Shown here: positions 1 through 9,582 of the stretch, in pieces
How the letters are laid out: the number at the start of each line of letters is the position of its first letter
How positions within the stretch are numbered: position 1 is the stretch's first letter
Virus record (IMG/VR): IMGVR_UViG_3300017589_000215
Coordinates: 1 to 32,703 of that record
DNA length: 32,703 nt
From: a virus
Taxonomy: Duplodnaviria; Caudoviricetes
Direction: 5' to 3' (one strand)
Notes under the pieces: generated by a model
The model's input: only the letters and a program-made list of their open reading frames with translations
The model's database searches: none
Told to the model about the DNA's origin: nothing
Made by a program: the position numbers and the translations under genes

Positions 1-927
1 TGAAGATTCACGATTGTATTCAATTTTATGCAACCGGCTTAAATCATTAACATCTGCAATCCTTGATGCAGTGCTTCTTTCAACTTCAGTTGTTTCATCG
101 AATTCACCGGTGCATGCGATCACATCCCATCCGGAGAGGGAATTTTTAAAAACAATGTATCTTACATTTCTGTGATCATTGTAATCTACTTTATATGGGA
201 ATGGTTCACTAATGCCAAAAGCGTTCCTGGTGACTGAAACGTAGTAGTGTGTTATTTTCTTCCCGGAGTGATTTATGTCAGCCCACCCCTGAAGACCAAG
301 AGCGTTGAAACCGGTTGCAAAGGATACAACCTGATATTGTCCGGCATCTATACTTCTATCTGGATCATGTAGGGCGAATGTCCCATCATTAAAGTAAACA
401 CCAACAATGATTTTTAATGTGGCAGCTAAGTTAGTATTCAAGAAATACAACCGTTCAGGCTGGTCAGGAAGCACTTTTTTGAATGTTCTTGGACTCCATG
501 TTAGGTAAGGCTTAACCGTAAGTAAATATTCATGAAAAGAGCTGTAAAGTGCCCTAAATTCATTTTGCTTCCAGCGTGGGATAATTCCGCCAAGGATATT
601 GCCATTAAACGTTAATTCGCCAACGGATTCAGGAGGATTGCCAAAGTATTCTTTAAATCGAATTTGTGCCGGTTTGCATGCATTTACATGTAGATATACA
701 TTATCTAGCACAAATTCTGAAAGCCTGGTACCCATGAAGTATTCATGCAAATCAAAAACAGCCTGGTTATTTTGATTCAAAGGTAGAAGATCGCCTGTCT
801 CAGGGTCATCAGGAAAGGGAAGAGCCATTACTCTGTAAAATTCTTCAACCCGATCGGAGGATGCGGCGAAGATTAATGATGACCCTGAAAGGGCGACTAC
901 CGGAGGTTGTTGACTTATCGAGAACAT
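1..927 (-). CDS. Tail protein downstream of tape measure (distal tail/hub candidate), 3' end outside the window
   Basis: Not in the ORF track. Read by hand from ATG at 927 (MFSISQQPPVVALSG...FKNSLSGWDVIACTGEF...), open to the window edge; follows the tape measure gene and has a promoter motif at 932-966. Confidence 0.75.
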   Translation of the reverse strand, partial: MFSISQQPPVVALSGSSLIFAASSDRVEEFYRVMALPFPDDPETGDLLPLNQNNQAVFDLHEYFMGTRLSEFVLDNVYLHVNACKPAQIRFKEYFGNPPESVGELTFNGNILGGIIPRWKQNEFRALYSSFHEYLLTVKPYLTWSPRTFKKVLPDQPERLYFLNTNLAATLKIIVGVYFNDGTFALHDPDRSIDAGQYQVVSFATGFNALGLQGWADINHSGKKITHYYVSVTRNAFGISEPFPYKVDYNDHRNVRYIVFKNSLSGWDVIACTGEFDETTEVERSTASRIADVNDLSRLHKIEYNRESS

Positions 928-931
928 ACTG

Positions 932-966
932 CAAGTTTAATACTGCAGTACGTCTGGCCAAAGGAC
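932..966 (-). promoter_or_regulatory. Putative late promoter, copy 1
   Basis: Minus strand GTCCTTT-N20-TAAACTTG, ending 4 nt before the ATG at 927. Confidence 0.65.
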
Positions 967-969
967 AAT

Positions 970-3900
970 TTAACTTGTTAAGCTAATAGCCTTCTCTTCT
1001 TTCTTTTGCATTTCCTTGAAATCCTGATAGACGAGTGTTGCTTGAGTCTCAACCTTGACTCCATTGGCTTTAAACTCATTTACAACCTGACGAAATTCAT
1101 TTACTACATCCATCATGTCCTGGCTGTTATACGATGGTATTGGTGAAACGCTTGTACTTGTCACATATCCGCCGGCTTTAAGTTTTCTTTCATATGCTGC
1201 GCTTGCAACGATAGCAGGTAAATTAATCGTTTTAATTGCTCCTGATTTCTGTGCATAATCAATGATATTGAGAACCTTTCTAACGGAAGGATTACGTGTA
1301 GCATATGCATTGGCCACAAACTCATTTGCGTGAACCTCACCTACAGGTGTATCATCGCTTATTGACCGATCAGTAAAACCACCTGATTTAAATTGTGGTG
1401 GCTTCTGTGCAGCTATAACAGCAAGTTCGGCAGCCACAGCAACACCCGCAGCCACAGCACCCCAAGGACCTAGCTGAGACATTGCCGTAATTACAGCTAA
1501 TGCTCCTTTAATAATACCCTGCACAATATCTGCTGCTTTTTGCTTTTTCCACTGTTCCAGTTTTAAGGCCGCTTCTTTCTTTCGGTATTTCTCCCTTATT
1601 TTGTCTCTTTGATCTTCTGTTAACTTTTCGTTACTCAGTTCTTTCTCCCTGGCTTTGTCAAGTAACGACATTTTATGATCAAAAGCAGCTTGCTGTTTAT
1701 TCCGAACAATGTCAAAAATTGCATTCTGTGTTGAATCAGCTATTGATAGCGCAGCTTGTTCTCTCTCATCTTTTTCATCTTCAGTATATTTTTTACCTGT
1801 CACAACTTCAGAATGTCCGGTTCTTGGAACCATGGTTCCATCAATCGTTGGAGTCTCTTGAGGAATCAGACCGGCTTTTTTGGCAGACATTAGAGCAATC
1901 CCTTCTCCAATTTTCTTAATAGTCTCCTCAACTTGCCTTAGCTCTTCCTTTTTAGAAGTTAGCTGGTGAATAAGAGAATCAGGAACCGGCTTGTTAGCAG
2001 CAACAAGATCTTTAATTTGTTTCTCAAGCTTTGATATAGTTTCACTAAGTTCCTGGTAGGCCCCTATATTTTTCTCTACTTCCCCAGCTGTAGATTTGTT
2101 ATTATTATCTTGCTCCTTAGCTATCAATGTATTCGTATCAGATATCTTTTTTTGAATTCTGGTATATTCCTCTGATCCTATAGTAGCTGCTTTTAAAGCA
2201 GCTTGATAAAGTCTTAATTTTTCTTCTAACTGGCTTAGAGTGCGATTTTGAATCTTATCAGCGTCAGCTTCTGCAGTGAGTGTCTTATTCAATTCATTGC
2301 TTTGGTCTTTAAGACGTTTGATACTTTCACTTAAAGCATCAATTCCCTCCTGCATTTCCTCAGCAGCGTTCAAGCCATTATCAGCAGCATCCAAAGCATT
2401 TTTAGACGCATAAACGAACATATTATTTCCGGAACCAAGATAATTTACCATTTTCTGCCAAAGTGTAACCCTGGTATTTTCCTGTTGAGTTAAAAGCTGC
2501 TTTGCTTTTGCACTTTCAAGATCAGCTTCAGCTTGTTTTAATGTACTGCTTGTTTGATCAGCAAGTAACTGAATCTGATCTTTTGTCAGTGTGTTAAGTG
2601 CTTCAAGCGATTTCACCCTGATCTCATTACTAACATTTAAAGTATCTGAAGCAAGCTTAACTTCTTCAATCCTCTTCTTTTTCTCTTTCTCAAGGCTGAC
2701 AGATTCAGCGTTATACTTATCATAAAGTTTTATTGCAGCAACCAAGGCAGTAATACCGGCAATGATTAATCCAATTGGATTGGCTGCAACTGCCGCATTC
2801 CACAACCACTGAGCTGTAGTAGCTGCTTTCGAAGCAATAGTTCCCTGAGCAGTCCAAATTGCCTTTAACCTTTCAGCTGCTACCATTGAGTTAAGCACAA
2901 CTGTATTCCGTATCCATTGAGCAAGCAAGTTCTTATTCCAAACCCAATCAACAGATTTCAAAAAAATGGATTTAACCATTGCGGCATTATAGGCAAGAAG
3001 AGCACCTGCAAGACTAATATATATAACTTGGTTGCGTCGCAAATGCTCAGGCAATAATACCAACGCTTTTATTAAAACAGTAAATCCATTTGTGCTCACT
3101 AAGATAGCAGGACTAAGTTTTTCGCCTAAAATAAGGGCTTGTTCGAAAAATGCTTTACGTGCTTTCTCAAGCTTTGCTTGCAAATTGTCATTTTTGATAT
3201 TATATTCATTTGTGATAGAGACATTATCTAACATAGCCTTGTTGGCAATTTTCTGTGCTTCATCAACCTTTTCAATGCTTCCAGACATAGAACTTAACAC
3301 GGCTACAGCTCTGGCGCCATCAAGTCCCATTTCCTGAAATATGGGAATTAAGTTTTGAAAACCGCCCTTTTGGTTAAGGCTTGTAAGTACTTGTTTAATC
3401 GCTGCATTAGCGTCTGTTTTCAATAATTGTGTAAATGATTTTACCTCTAATCCCGCTAATCGAGCAAACTTAGCAGGGTCAGACATAAGTTTCATAATAA
3501 AGTTTGATAGAGCTGTAGCAGACATTTCTACTGCTTGCATGTCTTGGTCAAGGGCCGACCCATACCCCAATATTGCACTTAAGCTGATATTGGCTTGTTT
3601 CGCAATACCACCCAGACGCCCTGCGAAATCTATTAGAAAAGGTTCACTGGCTGATGAACTTGCTCCAATATCGTTAATTGCAGAACCGACAGCAAGCATT
3701 TTCCCCTTCAGATCAAGTCCTTGAAGTTCTGAACTAGCATCTTCAAACACTCCAACCATTTTACCAATATTTTTTATTGCATCCTCACCTAGGTCTTCTC
3801 CCAACGCAACATTAATTTGATTACCGGCATCAACAAAATCAAGTATATTTTTTCGGCCTTCAATCCCCAATTTACCAGCATCACTTGCAAGTTTGTTTAA

Positions 3901-4545
3901 ACTTTCACGGGCAGTACGAGTATCCATTTTCTTGAATTCCTCATTCAATGAAACAACCTCATCATGTGTAAGCTGGGTAGTTTTCATAACATCTGAATAG
4001 ACATCGTCAAGATGAGCAACCTGTTCGGCTGTTTTTTTAAACCCTAGCACTATACCGGTAATAGAAGCCATAAATGCTGTAGCTATGGCAAAATACTTAT
4101 TAAAGCCGTTTGCAAGTTTCCCCATGGTAGACTGATGCTCTTTTGCTTTACCAGTAGCTTTATCAAGTTCAGTCCGTAAACTGGCAACTTTTTTCTGTTG
4201 TTCGCCGAATCCGGGATCAGATCTCTTCATCTGGTTCAATTCACGGCTGGCCACACGCAGAGCTGCATTCAATTCCTGAATTGATGCACTTGAAAGATTC
4301 TTCAAAACCGCATTAACATCAATAACATTCTTAGATAGCTTGGCCGACTCACCATTCAGCTTCTTCATTTCCTTATTGACGGTGTCGACACCTGAAGCAT
4401 TTCCTTCCTGAAGGAATTTATCCTTTAAGAGTTTCAATTTCTTTAGCTCTTCGCCAATTTCCGCTAACCTGGCTTTTGCTTTTTCATTGTTGACGTATAC
4501 ATCAACTTCAGCTTTTCTTCCCATTATATCTGTATTTTTTGCCAA
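970..4545 (-). CDS. Tail tape measure protein
   Basis: 1191 aa, Ala/Lys/Glu-rich coiled coil; TP901-like core (LDDVYSDVMKTT...LASDAGKLG); ANPIGLIIAGI hydrophobic segment; C-terminal FKSGGFT...GEVHANEFV motif. Confidence 0.93.
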   Translation of the reverse strand: MAKNTDIMGRKAEVDVYVNNEKAKARLAEIGEELKKLKLLKDKFLQEGNASGVDTVNKEMKKLNGESAKLSKNVIDVNAVLKNLSSASIQELNAALRVASRELNQMKRSDPGFGEQQKKVASLRTELDKATGKAKEHQSTMGKLANGFNKYFAIATAFMASITGIVLGFKKTAEQVAHLDDVYSDVMKTTQLTHDEVVSLNEEFKKMDTRTARESLNKLASDAGKLGIEGRKNILDFVDAGNQINVALGEDLGEDAIKNIGKMVGVFEDASSELQGLDLKGKMLAVGSAINDIGASSSASEPFLIDFAGRLGGIAKQANISLSAILGYGSALDQDMQAVEMSATALSNFIMKLMSDPAKFARLAGLEVKSFTQLLKTDANAAIKQVLTSLNQKGGFQNLIPIFQEMGLDGARAVAVLSSMSGSIEKVDEAQKIANKAMLDNVSITNEYNIKNDNLQAKLEKARKAFFEQALILGEKLSPAILVSTNGFTVLIKALVLLPEHLRRNQVIYISLAGALLAYNAAMVKSIFLKSVDWVWNKNLLAQWIRNTVVLNSMVAAERLKAIWTAQGTIASKAATTAQWLWNAAVAANPIGLIIAGITALVAAIKLYDKYNAESVSLEKEKKKRIEEVKLASDTLNVSNEIRVKSLEALNTLTKDQIQLLADQTSSTLKQAEADLESAKAKQLLTQQENTRVTLWQKMVNYLGSGNNMFVYASKNALDAADNGLNAAEEMQEGIDALSESIKRLKDQSNELNKTLTAEADADKIQNRTLSQLEEKLRLYQAALKAATIGSEEYTRIQKKISDTNTLIAKEQDNNNKSTAGEVEKNIGAYQELSETISKLEKQIKDLVAANKPVPDSLIHQLTSKKEELRQVEETIKKIGEGIALMSAKKAGLIPQETPTIDGTMVPRTGHSEVVTGKKYTEDEKDEREQAALSIADSTQNAIFDIVRNKQQAAFDHKMSLLDKAREKELSNEKLTEDQRDKIREKYRKKEAALKLEQWKKQKAADIVQGIIKGALAVITAMSQLGPWGAVAAGVAVAAELAVIAAQKPPQFKSGGFTDRSISDDTPVGEVHANEFVANAYATRNPSVRKVLNIIDYAQKSGAIKTINLPAIVASAAYERKLKAGGYVTSTSVSPIPSYNSQDMMDVVNEFRQVVNEFKANGVKVETQATLVYQDFKEMQKKEEKAISLTS

Positions 4546-4952
4546 CCTGATAAATCGGCATTGTCACTCATATTTTGTTGAATAAATAATTCAGTCCGTA
4601 GAGCATGCTTTTCTTCCATTAAATGCCTGAGGACTTCGAGTTGCTTGTAGAAAGTATCAGTGAAGAATGGTTTCGGCCGTCGCCTTATTGCTCCAGCTGC
4701 TAGAAGAGCATCCCTGATATCAAGGCTGACATATTTTCCTACTCCGTAGTCCACCATCTTTCCATACCACTCAAAAGCAAACGAAATCTTGTTAGGATCT
4801 CCTCCGGCATTAGTAGTGATATATTTTATAAAACTTGCAGCCAGTAAACCTGTATGGTTGATTTTTAATGCCTGGATCATTCGGAGCCATTCCTTGATAA
4901 CGATGTCGGCCCACGCCTCGACAGTTAGGGAGATATTTGCATTTTCAGCCAT
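4524..4952 (-). CDS. Probable neck/tail morphogenesis protein
   Basis: 142 aa directly upstream of tape measure; YGKMVDYGVG and RRPKPFF motifs resemble tail-completion proteins. Confidence 0.55.
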   Translation of the reverse strand: MAENANISLTVEAWADIVIKEWLRMIQALKINHTGLLAASFIKYITTNAGGDPNKISFAFEWYGKMVDYGVGKYVSLDIRDALLAAGAIRRRPKPFFTDTFYKQLEVLRHLMEEKHALRTELFIQQNMSDNADLSGWQKIQI

Positions 4953-5389
4953 TAAACGGACTGTTCAGTTAAGAAGTAAAAAGAATAACCATGGTAATCC
5001 ATTCCAATTGGCCCGATTCCTAAATAGTCAATCTTTGAAAAGTCAATGCCATAGCATGGGTCACCGAAGTCAGCGGATTGTGATTTCATTATCCTGAGAA
5101 CCTTTAGTCCGATTTCAAAGGCTTTTTTCTTTGCTAAATGCCTGTCGTCGCTATTTTTCCCGTTTGATCTTACTACCAGGAAGAAATTATGATAACCTGA
5201 ATCTAGTTGTCGGTCCTTCAGGTTAAGATATCCATCGCCTGTTTCACGGACAATGATTGCCACATCCGGATTGTTCCTGATATCGCCTAACAGCTGCTCT
5301 ATCTGGGAGAGATCTGAAGTCTTGTAAGTCTTTTTTACTTCAGGCACTAAAGGCAATATATTATCTAAGTAATCAGCCAGGTTAAACAT
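4952..5389 (-). CDS. Hypothetical structural protein (tail terminator-like position)
   Basis: 145-aa ORF overlapping both neighbours in the structural operon. Confidence 0.5.
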   Translation of the reverse strand: MFNLADYLDNILPLVPEVKKTYKTSDLSQIEQLLGDIRNNPDVAIIVRETGDGYLNLKDRQLDSGYHNFFLVVRSNGKNSDDRHLAKKKAFEIGLKVLRIMKSQSADFGDPCYGIDFSKIDYLGIGPIGMDYHGYSFYFLTEQSV

Positions 5390-6140
5390 TTCTTGATTGT
5401 TCTATTTTTCTATTAAGTTCAAAAAGTGCTTCATGAATATTTGTAGCGAGGATCTCTTTATTGTGGGTGATATCACCATCATTCAGAGCTGAAATTAAAT
5501 TCAGTATTATCTCATCAGGATTGGATTTTGAATCATCACTCCCTGAGAATACGTAATAGTATTTGTCTATGATCCATTTCTTTACGCCTGAGTACCATAA
5601 AAAAATGACATACTTCCTGAATAGAGGGACTCTTTTAAACCTCCTTTCCCATACCGGCAGAAGATCAACATTCCATTTTTCTTCCTTCAGGTGATACATT
5701 ATAGCTAACATCTTATTTAAGTATGCAGTATCATTAGTTGATAAGAAGGCCTGATAGAATGATTCAAGTAAAAGGTATTGTTCAAGACATACATCATACA
5801 TTCTGAAATCGTAAGAAACGTATTTCTTAATCTTTTCGGATAACCTAAATAACGAGACTTCTTTTACCATGAATTCCATTTTTGAAATACAGGAGGTAGC
5901 CTGATCAGCATCCATAAGGAATCTTGACTGCCCCTTTTTCTTGAAAATATACTGGTACCCGGTCCTTTCTTTAATCGCTTTCTTTATCAGCTTCAGTCCT
6001 GAAAATTTCAGGAAACACAAAGTCATCAATTCAGTCTCTGATAATTCCTTCAGGAGCATTTTAGAGAAATACTCAACTTGCTTGATGGATAGTTCACTCC
6101 ATTTTACAGGAACAGTTAGATTGATTGTCATATGCCGCAT
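5382..6140 (-). CDS. Hypothetical phage protein (possible tail assembly chaperone)
   Basis: 252-aa ORF coupled to neighbours; function inferred from position only. Confidence 0.45.
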   Translation of the reverse strand: MRHMTINLTVPVKWSELSIKQVEYFSKMLLKELSETELMTLCFLKFSGLKLIKKAIKERTGYQYIFKKKGQSRFLMDADQATSCISKMEFMVKEVSLFRLSEKIKKYVSYDFRMYDVCLEQYLLLESFYQAFLSTNDTAYLNKMLAIMYHLKEEKWNVDLLPVWERRFKRVPLFRKYVIFLWYSGVKKWIIDKYYYVFSGSDDSKSNPDEIILNLISALNDGDITHNKEILATNIHEALFELNRKIEQSRNV

Positions 6141-6970
6141 CTTAAAAATGGTGATTCCAGTTGTGAATCTTTTGTCTTAATGTAATGCTGGTAAATAGAA
6201 CTTGCCTTAAATGAAGGATATGAATCTACCTTAGCAATTAAGTAAGCCTTGACCCTCGATAAGAAGCTGTCAGCAACAATATCAGCATTGATTGTATAAT
6301 TAGCCAGAGCGAATCGTAAATCTTCTATAATTTCCTTGTTAGCTTCATTTAAGTCATCATCACGCAGCTGCTCTATAATCTCTAAAGAGAGCTCTTTACT
6401 TATAACCGGTTCAATCTTGAGCATTCTTGATTTTAGCATGTCAGGACGCTTTTTTACAAACTCTAATCTCCCAGCCTCAAATGGAGCATAATTCCTGAAT
6501 TCCCTTAAATTCATAATGTATGAGTCGCTAATCATGGAATATGTCTTAGAGGGTTTCCATTCGTCATGGAATTCAGGTGTTTCTTCCAGGTACTCGAGCA
6601 GGTCCTCAATGCATTCTCCTAATCTGATTTCAGTCGCTTTAATTAAAGCCTGGACACGGGCAGTACTGGCAGGTGTGAGATTTTGATTACTTGTTACTGC
6701 AAATCCGGAGCCGGTCTCAATCAGATCAAGAAAAGGTATAGCATCTATATAAGCTTTATGCGCGACAACTGCAGCGCAATGATCAACCAGATCAACGTTT
6801 GGCTCTTCAAGCAGTTCGTAAAGAGCGCTGCCAATAATTTCACGCTTCAGAAACTTTTCAGCTGACTTGAGATAAGTTAAGTATTTACTAAACTGATCGC
6901 TGGTATCCTCATCACTGGCTGCAATGGTGGAAATATATTTTCTTAATGCAGCAATGTTTTCAATGATCAT
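6128..6970 (-). CDS. Probable head-tail adaptor (DUF6712-like)
   Basis: 280 aa immediately after portal; helical; IPFLDLIETGSGFAV...NLTPAS motif recalled from this Bacteroidota phage family. Confidence 0.55.
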   Translation of the reverse strand: MIIENIAALRKYISTIAASDEDTSDQFSKYLTYLKSAEKFLKREIIGSALYELLEEPNVDLVDHCAAVVAHKAYIDAIPFLDLIETGSGFAVTSNQNLTPASTARVQALIKATEIRLGECIEDLLEYLEETPEFHDEWKPSKTYSMISDSYIMNLREFRNYAPFEAGRLEFVKKRPDMLKSRMLKIEPVISKELSLEIIEQLRDDDLNEANKEIIEDLRFALANYTINADIVADSFLSRVKAYLIAKVDSYPSFKASSIYQHYIKTKDSQLESPFLRCGI

Positions 6971-8331
6971 TTCTCCTCCTGTTTTGTTGAATCTTGTATT
7001 ACCTCTTGTTTGCCACTCTTGTTTTTATCCAGTGTTGTAAATTCAAAATCAGGTACAACGAATTCTAAATCCTTTGGCCAGTTGTTGAATCTTTTTATCA
7101 GGTAGAGTGGTTTTAATAGTCTGTCTCGATACGGCTTCATTAAAGCTGCTTTAATCATGAACAGCTCCCTTTTATCAGTCCCAGACATGCTGCCTCCGGA
7201 TTTCCCTGGTGCACTGCCAATAAGATTAGGGTGAACCGACATTGCGTATGATATCATATTGCTGACCTCTGAGGAATCTTCCAGGAATTCGCCTCCCTTC
7301 AGGTCAGTTTTCAGCACATCAATGCTTAAGTATTTTTCTTCGATAGCGCCTGATCCTGATGCAATCATTTGCTTATACACCAACAGACCCTTACCGGAAC
7401 TTTTATCATTGGACATAAAATCTTTGATTGTCTGAAGCTCTGCTTCCATCCGATCACTGACAGCCTTAGGATCGTTCAAATCGATCTTCTCATCCTTAAA
7501 TATCTTTTCCCAGTATTTATCAGAGATATAGATGATATATTTTACTTTAAGTCCATTCTTTAACAGGGTTTTTTTGAACTCCCAGATCATAGTGGAGAAA
7601 TCGTAGGACCCTGAGCGGAAAATAGACCAGAAAGGAGGCCTTGAATAATATACTTTACCAGGAGTAGGGAAATTTACGGGGATGATGAATCTTGGAGTTT
7701 TTACTTTTCTTTCCTTTATCCTTGTTACCAGGTCATTAAAAGGGTTAAACTTATTAAGAACATCAGTAACAAAAAGATCATTCTCAGTTGCACCATCTTT
7801 CCATTTGGCCGAATAATAATGTCTGAAGATGCTTCCTGATTTATCGGCTACTCCGTACCGGCTATATATAGCTTCTTTATGTCGCAAGCTATACACTTCC
7901 TTCAGGTCCTTGGTAAGAATGATTTCCGGAAACACATTATTGAAAGTGCACATGTCGCTACACTGCTCGAGGTAATATCCTGAGATATCATTATTCTCAA
8001 AGAATTCAAGAACTCTTTCATCCCTGCAGTCGCTGAATTTTGTTTTATCACCTTCAGTAACTCTTATGACCGGTTTAATTCCTTGCCCATAGGCCATCAG
8101 GATATTAAATTGGTTGTTTGTTCCAACTACTTCACTCTTTTCTATCAGGTCAAATATCTCAGCTGGAAGGTTATTGGAGTCTCCCCATGGTGCGATCCTG
8201 TTCTCTCCAATACTTATTGGACTCTCGGGTTCTTCAAACATATCCTTTGAAATTCCCTGTGCAATTATTGCTTCCGCTTCAGGAAGATAAGTGAAGCCAT
8301 CAACGATAAAGGATTTATTTGTCATAGACAT
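6967..8331 (-). CDS. Portal protein
   Basis: 454 aa; PWGDSNNLP, YYSRPPFW and ISYAMSVHPNLIG motifs typical of portals; precedes neck genes. Confidence 0.8.
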   Translation of the reverse strand: MSMTNKSFIVDGFTYLPEAEAIIAQGISKDMFEEPESPISIGENRIAPWGDSNNLPAEIFDLIEKSEVVGTNNQFNILMAYGQGIKPVIRVTEGDKTKFSDCRDERVLEFFENNDISGYYLEQCSDMCTFNNVFPEIILTKDLKEVYSLRHKEAIYSRYGVADKSGSIFRHYYSAKWKDGATENDLFVTDVLNKFNPFNDLVTRIKERKVKTPRFIIPVNFPTPGKVYYSRPPFWSIFRSGSYDFSTMIWEFKKTLLKNGLKVKYIIYISDKYWEKIFKDEKIDLNDPKAVSDRMEAELQTIKDFMSNDKSSGKGLLVYKQMIASGSGAIEEKYLSIDVLKTDLKGGEFLEDSSEVSNMISYAMSVHPNLIGSAPGKSGGSMSGTDKRELFMIKAALMKPYRDRLLKPLYLIKRFNNWPKDLEFVVPDFEFTTLDKNKSGKQEVIQDSTKQEEK

Positions 8332-8543
8332 ACCTCCTGATCATTAAAGGCTATTATTGTACATCGCCTGATTGATCTGACTTCCATAGAAGGAAGTATT
8401 TTTATTCTAAGTGTCCGGCCTTTAGAATGCCAGGATGTAAGCAGGGCTTTTTGAACTTTTACAATCTCACCGTTTTCTTTTACGAATGCTATTGCAAAGA
8501 ATCCCTTTTCAATCACTTTGTGTAAGTTGGAAAGTAGGATCAT
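8322..8543 (-). CDS. Small hypothetical protein preceding portal
   Basis: 73-aa ORF overlapping the portal start and directly behind promoter copy 2. Confidence 0.7.
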   Translation of the reverse strand: MILLSNLHKVIEKGFFAIAFVKENGEIVKVQKALLTSWHSKGRTLRIKILPSMEVRSIRRCTIIAFNDQEVCL

Positions 8544-8563
8544 CTTTATGAGTTAATTTATTA

Positions 8564-8598
8564 CAATTATACTCAGCAATGATTCCATGATAAAGGAC
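8564..8598 (-). promoter_or_regulatory. Putative late promoter, copy 2
   Basis: Minus strand GTCCTTT-N20-TATAATTG upstream of ORF 8543. Confidence 0.65.
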
Positions 8599-8604
8599 AC
8601 TATC

Positions 8605-8677
8605 AGGGCGTTACCCTAAAGGGTCGGGCTTTACGGCTTTATCTTTTACAAAGGATATCGCCTGCAATCCCTAACGC
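8605..8677 (+). ncRNA. Structured element, possibly a Flavo-1-like RNA motif
   Basis: GC-rich intergenic unit with GCGTTA/TAACGC closing stem, ACCC-TAAA-GGGT hairpin and TATCTTT/AAGGATA hairpin; family assignment from memory only. Confidence 0.45.
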
Positions 8678-8704
8678 AAAAAGGCCTGCCAATTGGCAAG
8701 CCTT
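8678..8704 (-). terminator. Intrinsic terminator after the 138-aa gene
   Basis: AAGGCCTGCC-AATT-GGCAAGCCTT hairpin with an A-run on + (U-tract on -). Confidence 0.7.
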
Positions 8705-8726
8705 TACGATGCAAGAATATAGAAAT

Positions 8727-9143
8727 CTAAATCAGGAGAAATCGGTAATTACAGGTTATGGCAAATACCGGTGAATTGCTAATCTTTGTTTGGGTGCACC
8801 CCAATAGATCACTATTCGAGGTTCGATGTGGATCTGCACATTGTGTCCAATTCAATGGTTGTACTTTAATCTCCCTGGTTAAAACGCATAGATCAGAGAT
8901 ACCACCAGAAGATCCGGATTGAACTTCAGGTATGTCAACCTGTTTGCAGTTGAAAATGTAAGTGGCTTCCATTTCCTGGTTAACCACATTCATAATAGCC
9001 GGTACCGGCATTTCATTTGATGGTAATACAGTGGTTACTGTAATTACTTCATCATGGCCGGGAGGTTGCATTCCACTTGCAAAAGTATGTGATATGCCAA
9101 CGCCCAGAGCCAACGCGAAAAGAAAAATAAGGATTTTTTTCAT
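8727..9143 (-). CDS. Exported hypothetical protein
   Basis: Signal peptide MKKILIFLFALALGVGISHTFA; has its own promoter motif and terminator. Confidence 0.7.
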   Translation of the reverse strand: MKKILIFLFALALGVGISHTFASGMQPPGHDEVITVTTVLPSNEMPVPAIMNVVNQEMEATYIFNCKQVDIPEVQSGSSGGISDLCVLTREIKVQPLNWTQCADPHRTSNSDLLGCTQTKISNSPVFAITCNYRFLLI

Positions 9144-9169
9144 TTGTTGATTTGGGTTAAATTATAATC

Positions 9170-9204
9170 CAAATCTATTGCTGTTATACAATTACGAAAA
9201 GGAC
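9170..9204 (-). promoter_or_regulatory. Putative late promoter, copy 3
   Basis: Minus strand GTCCTTT-N20-TAGATTTG, a perfect TAnnTTTG box. Confidence 0.7.
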
Positions 9205-9234
9205 AAAAAAAAGCCTGGTTATTAAACCAAGCTT
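9205..9234 (-). terminator. Intrinsic terminator
   Basis: AAGCCTGGTT-ATTA-AACCAAGCTT hairpin preceded on + by an A8 run. Confidence 0.75.
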
Positions 9235-9263
9235 CCTTAATTTTCTTTAGATTAATGAATCAC

Positions 9264-9419
9264 CTACGTTAGTTCTTCAATTTCTTTGTCCCATTCGCCT
9301 CCATCAAATGCATCTTTTTCTGTTCCGTGTTCTAAAAAGGTTCCACCATCATTAACTTTTTCATTTTGTCCATGCTCAGCAAATGTTTCGCCATCCATTG
9401 ACTCTTTTCTTTTTTCCAT
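9264..9419 (-). CDS. Small acidic repeat peptide, 51 aa (59 aa from an alternative ATG at 9443)
   Basis: Hand translation MEKRKESMDGETFAEHGQNEKVNDGGTFLEHGTEKDAFDGGEWDKEIEELT; followed by a terminator. Confidence 0.55.
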   Translation of the reverse strand: MEKRKESMDGETFAEHGQNEKVNDGGTFLEHGTEKDAFDGGEWDKEIEELT

Positions 9420-9486
9420 TTCAAAAGGGAGTTTGTTTAACATTCTTCAAAGTTACTGCACAAAGTCTTTCTCTTGAACATTAATT

Positions 9487-9512
9487 AAAAAAGCCCTGTG
9501 GTCAACAGGGCT
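9487..9512 (-). terminator. Intrinsic terminator after the antirepressor operon
   Basis: AGCCCTGT-GGTCA-ACAGGGCT hairpin with an A-run on its left. Confidence 0.7.
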
Positions 9513-9582
9513 CTTACTAACAATCAATCTATGAAAAATACAGAATACAAAGGGGGATCACCATCAAACAGTACAAAGATAA

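Noticed and set aside
1-4545. Tail genes as additional DGR targets
   Set aside because: No TR-like sequence was noticed by eye in these genes; tail fibre genes beyond the left edge cannot be assessed.
1719-7563. Short + strand ORFs antisense to structural genes (1719, 3032, 3539, 4789, 5941, 6683, 7369) and similar shadows elsewhere
   Set aside because: They overlap longer, motif-supported genes and have no recognisable features.
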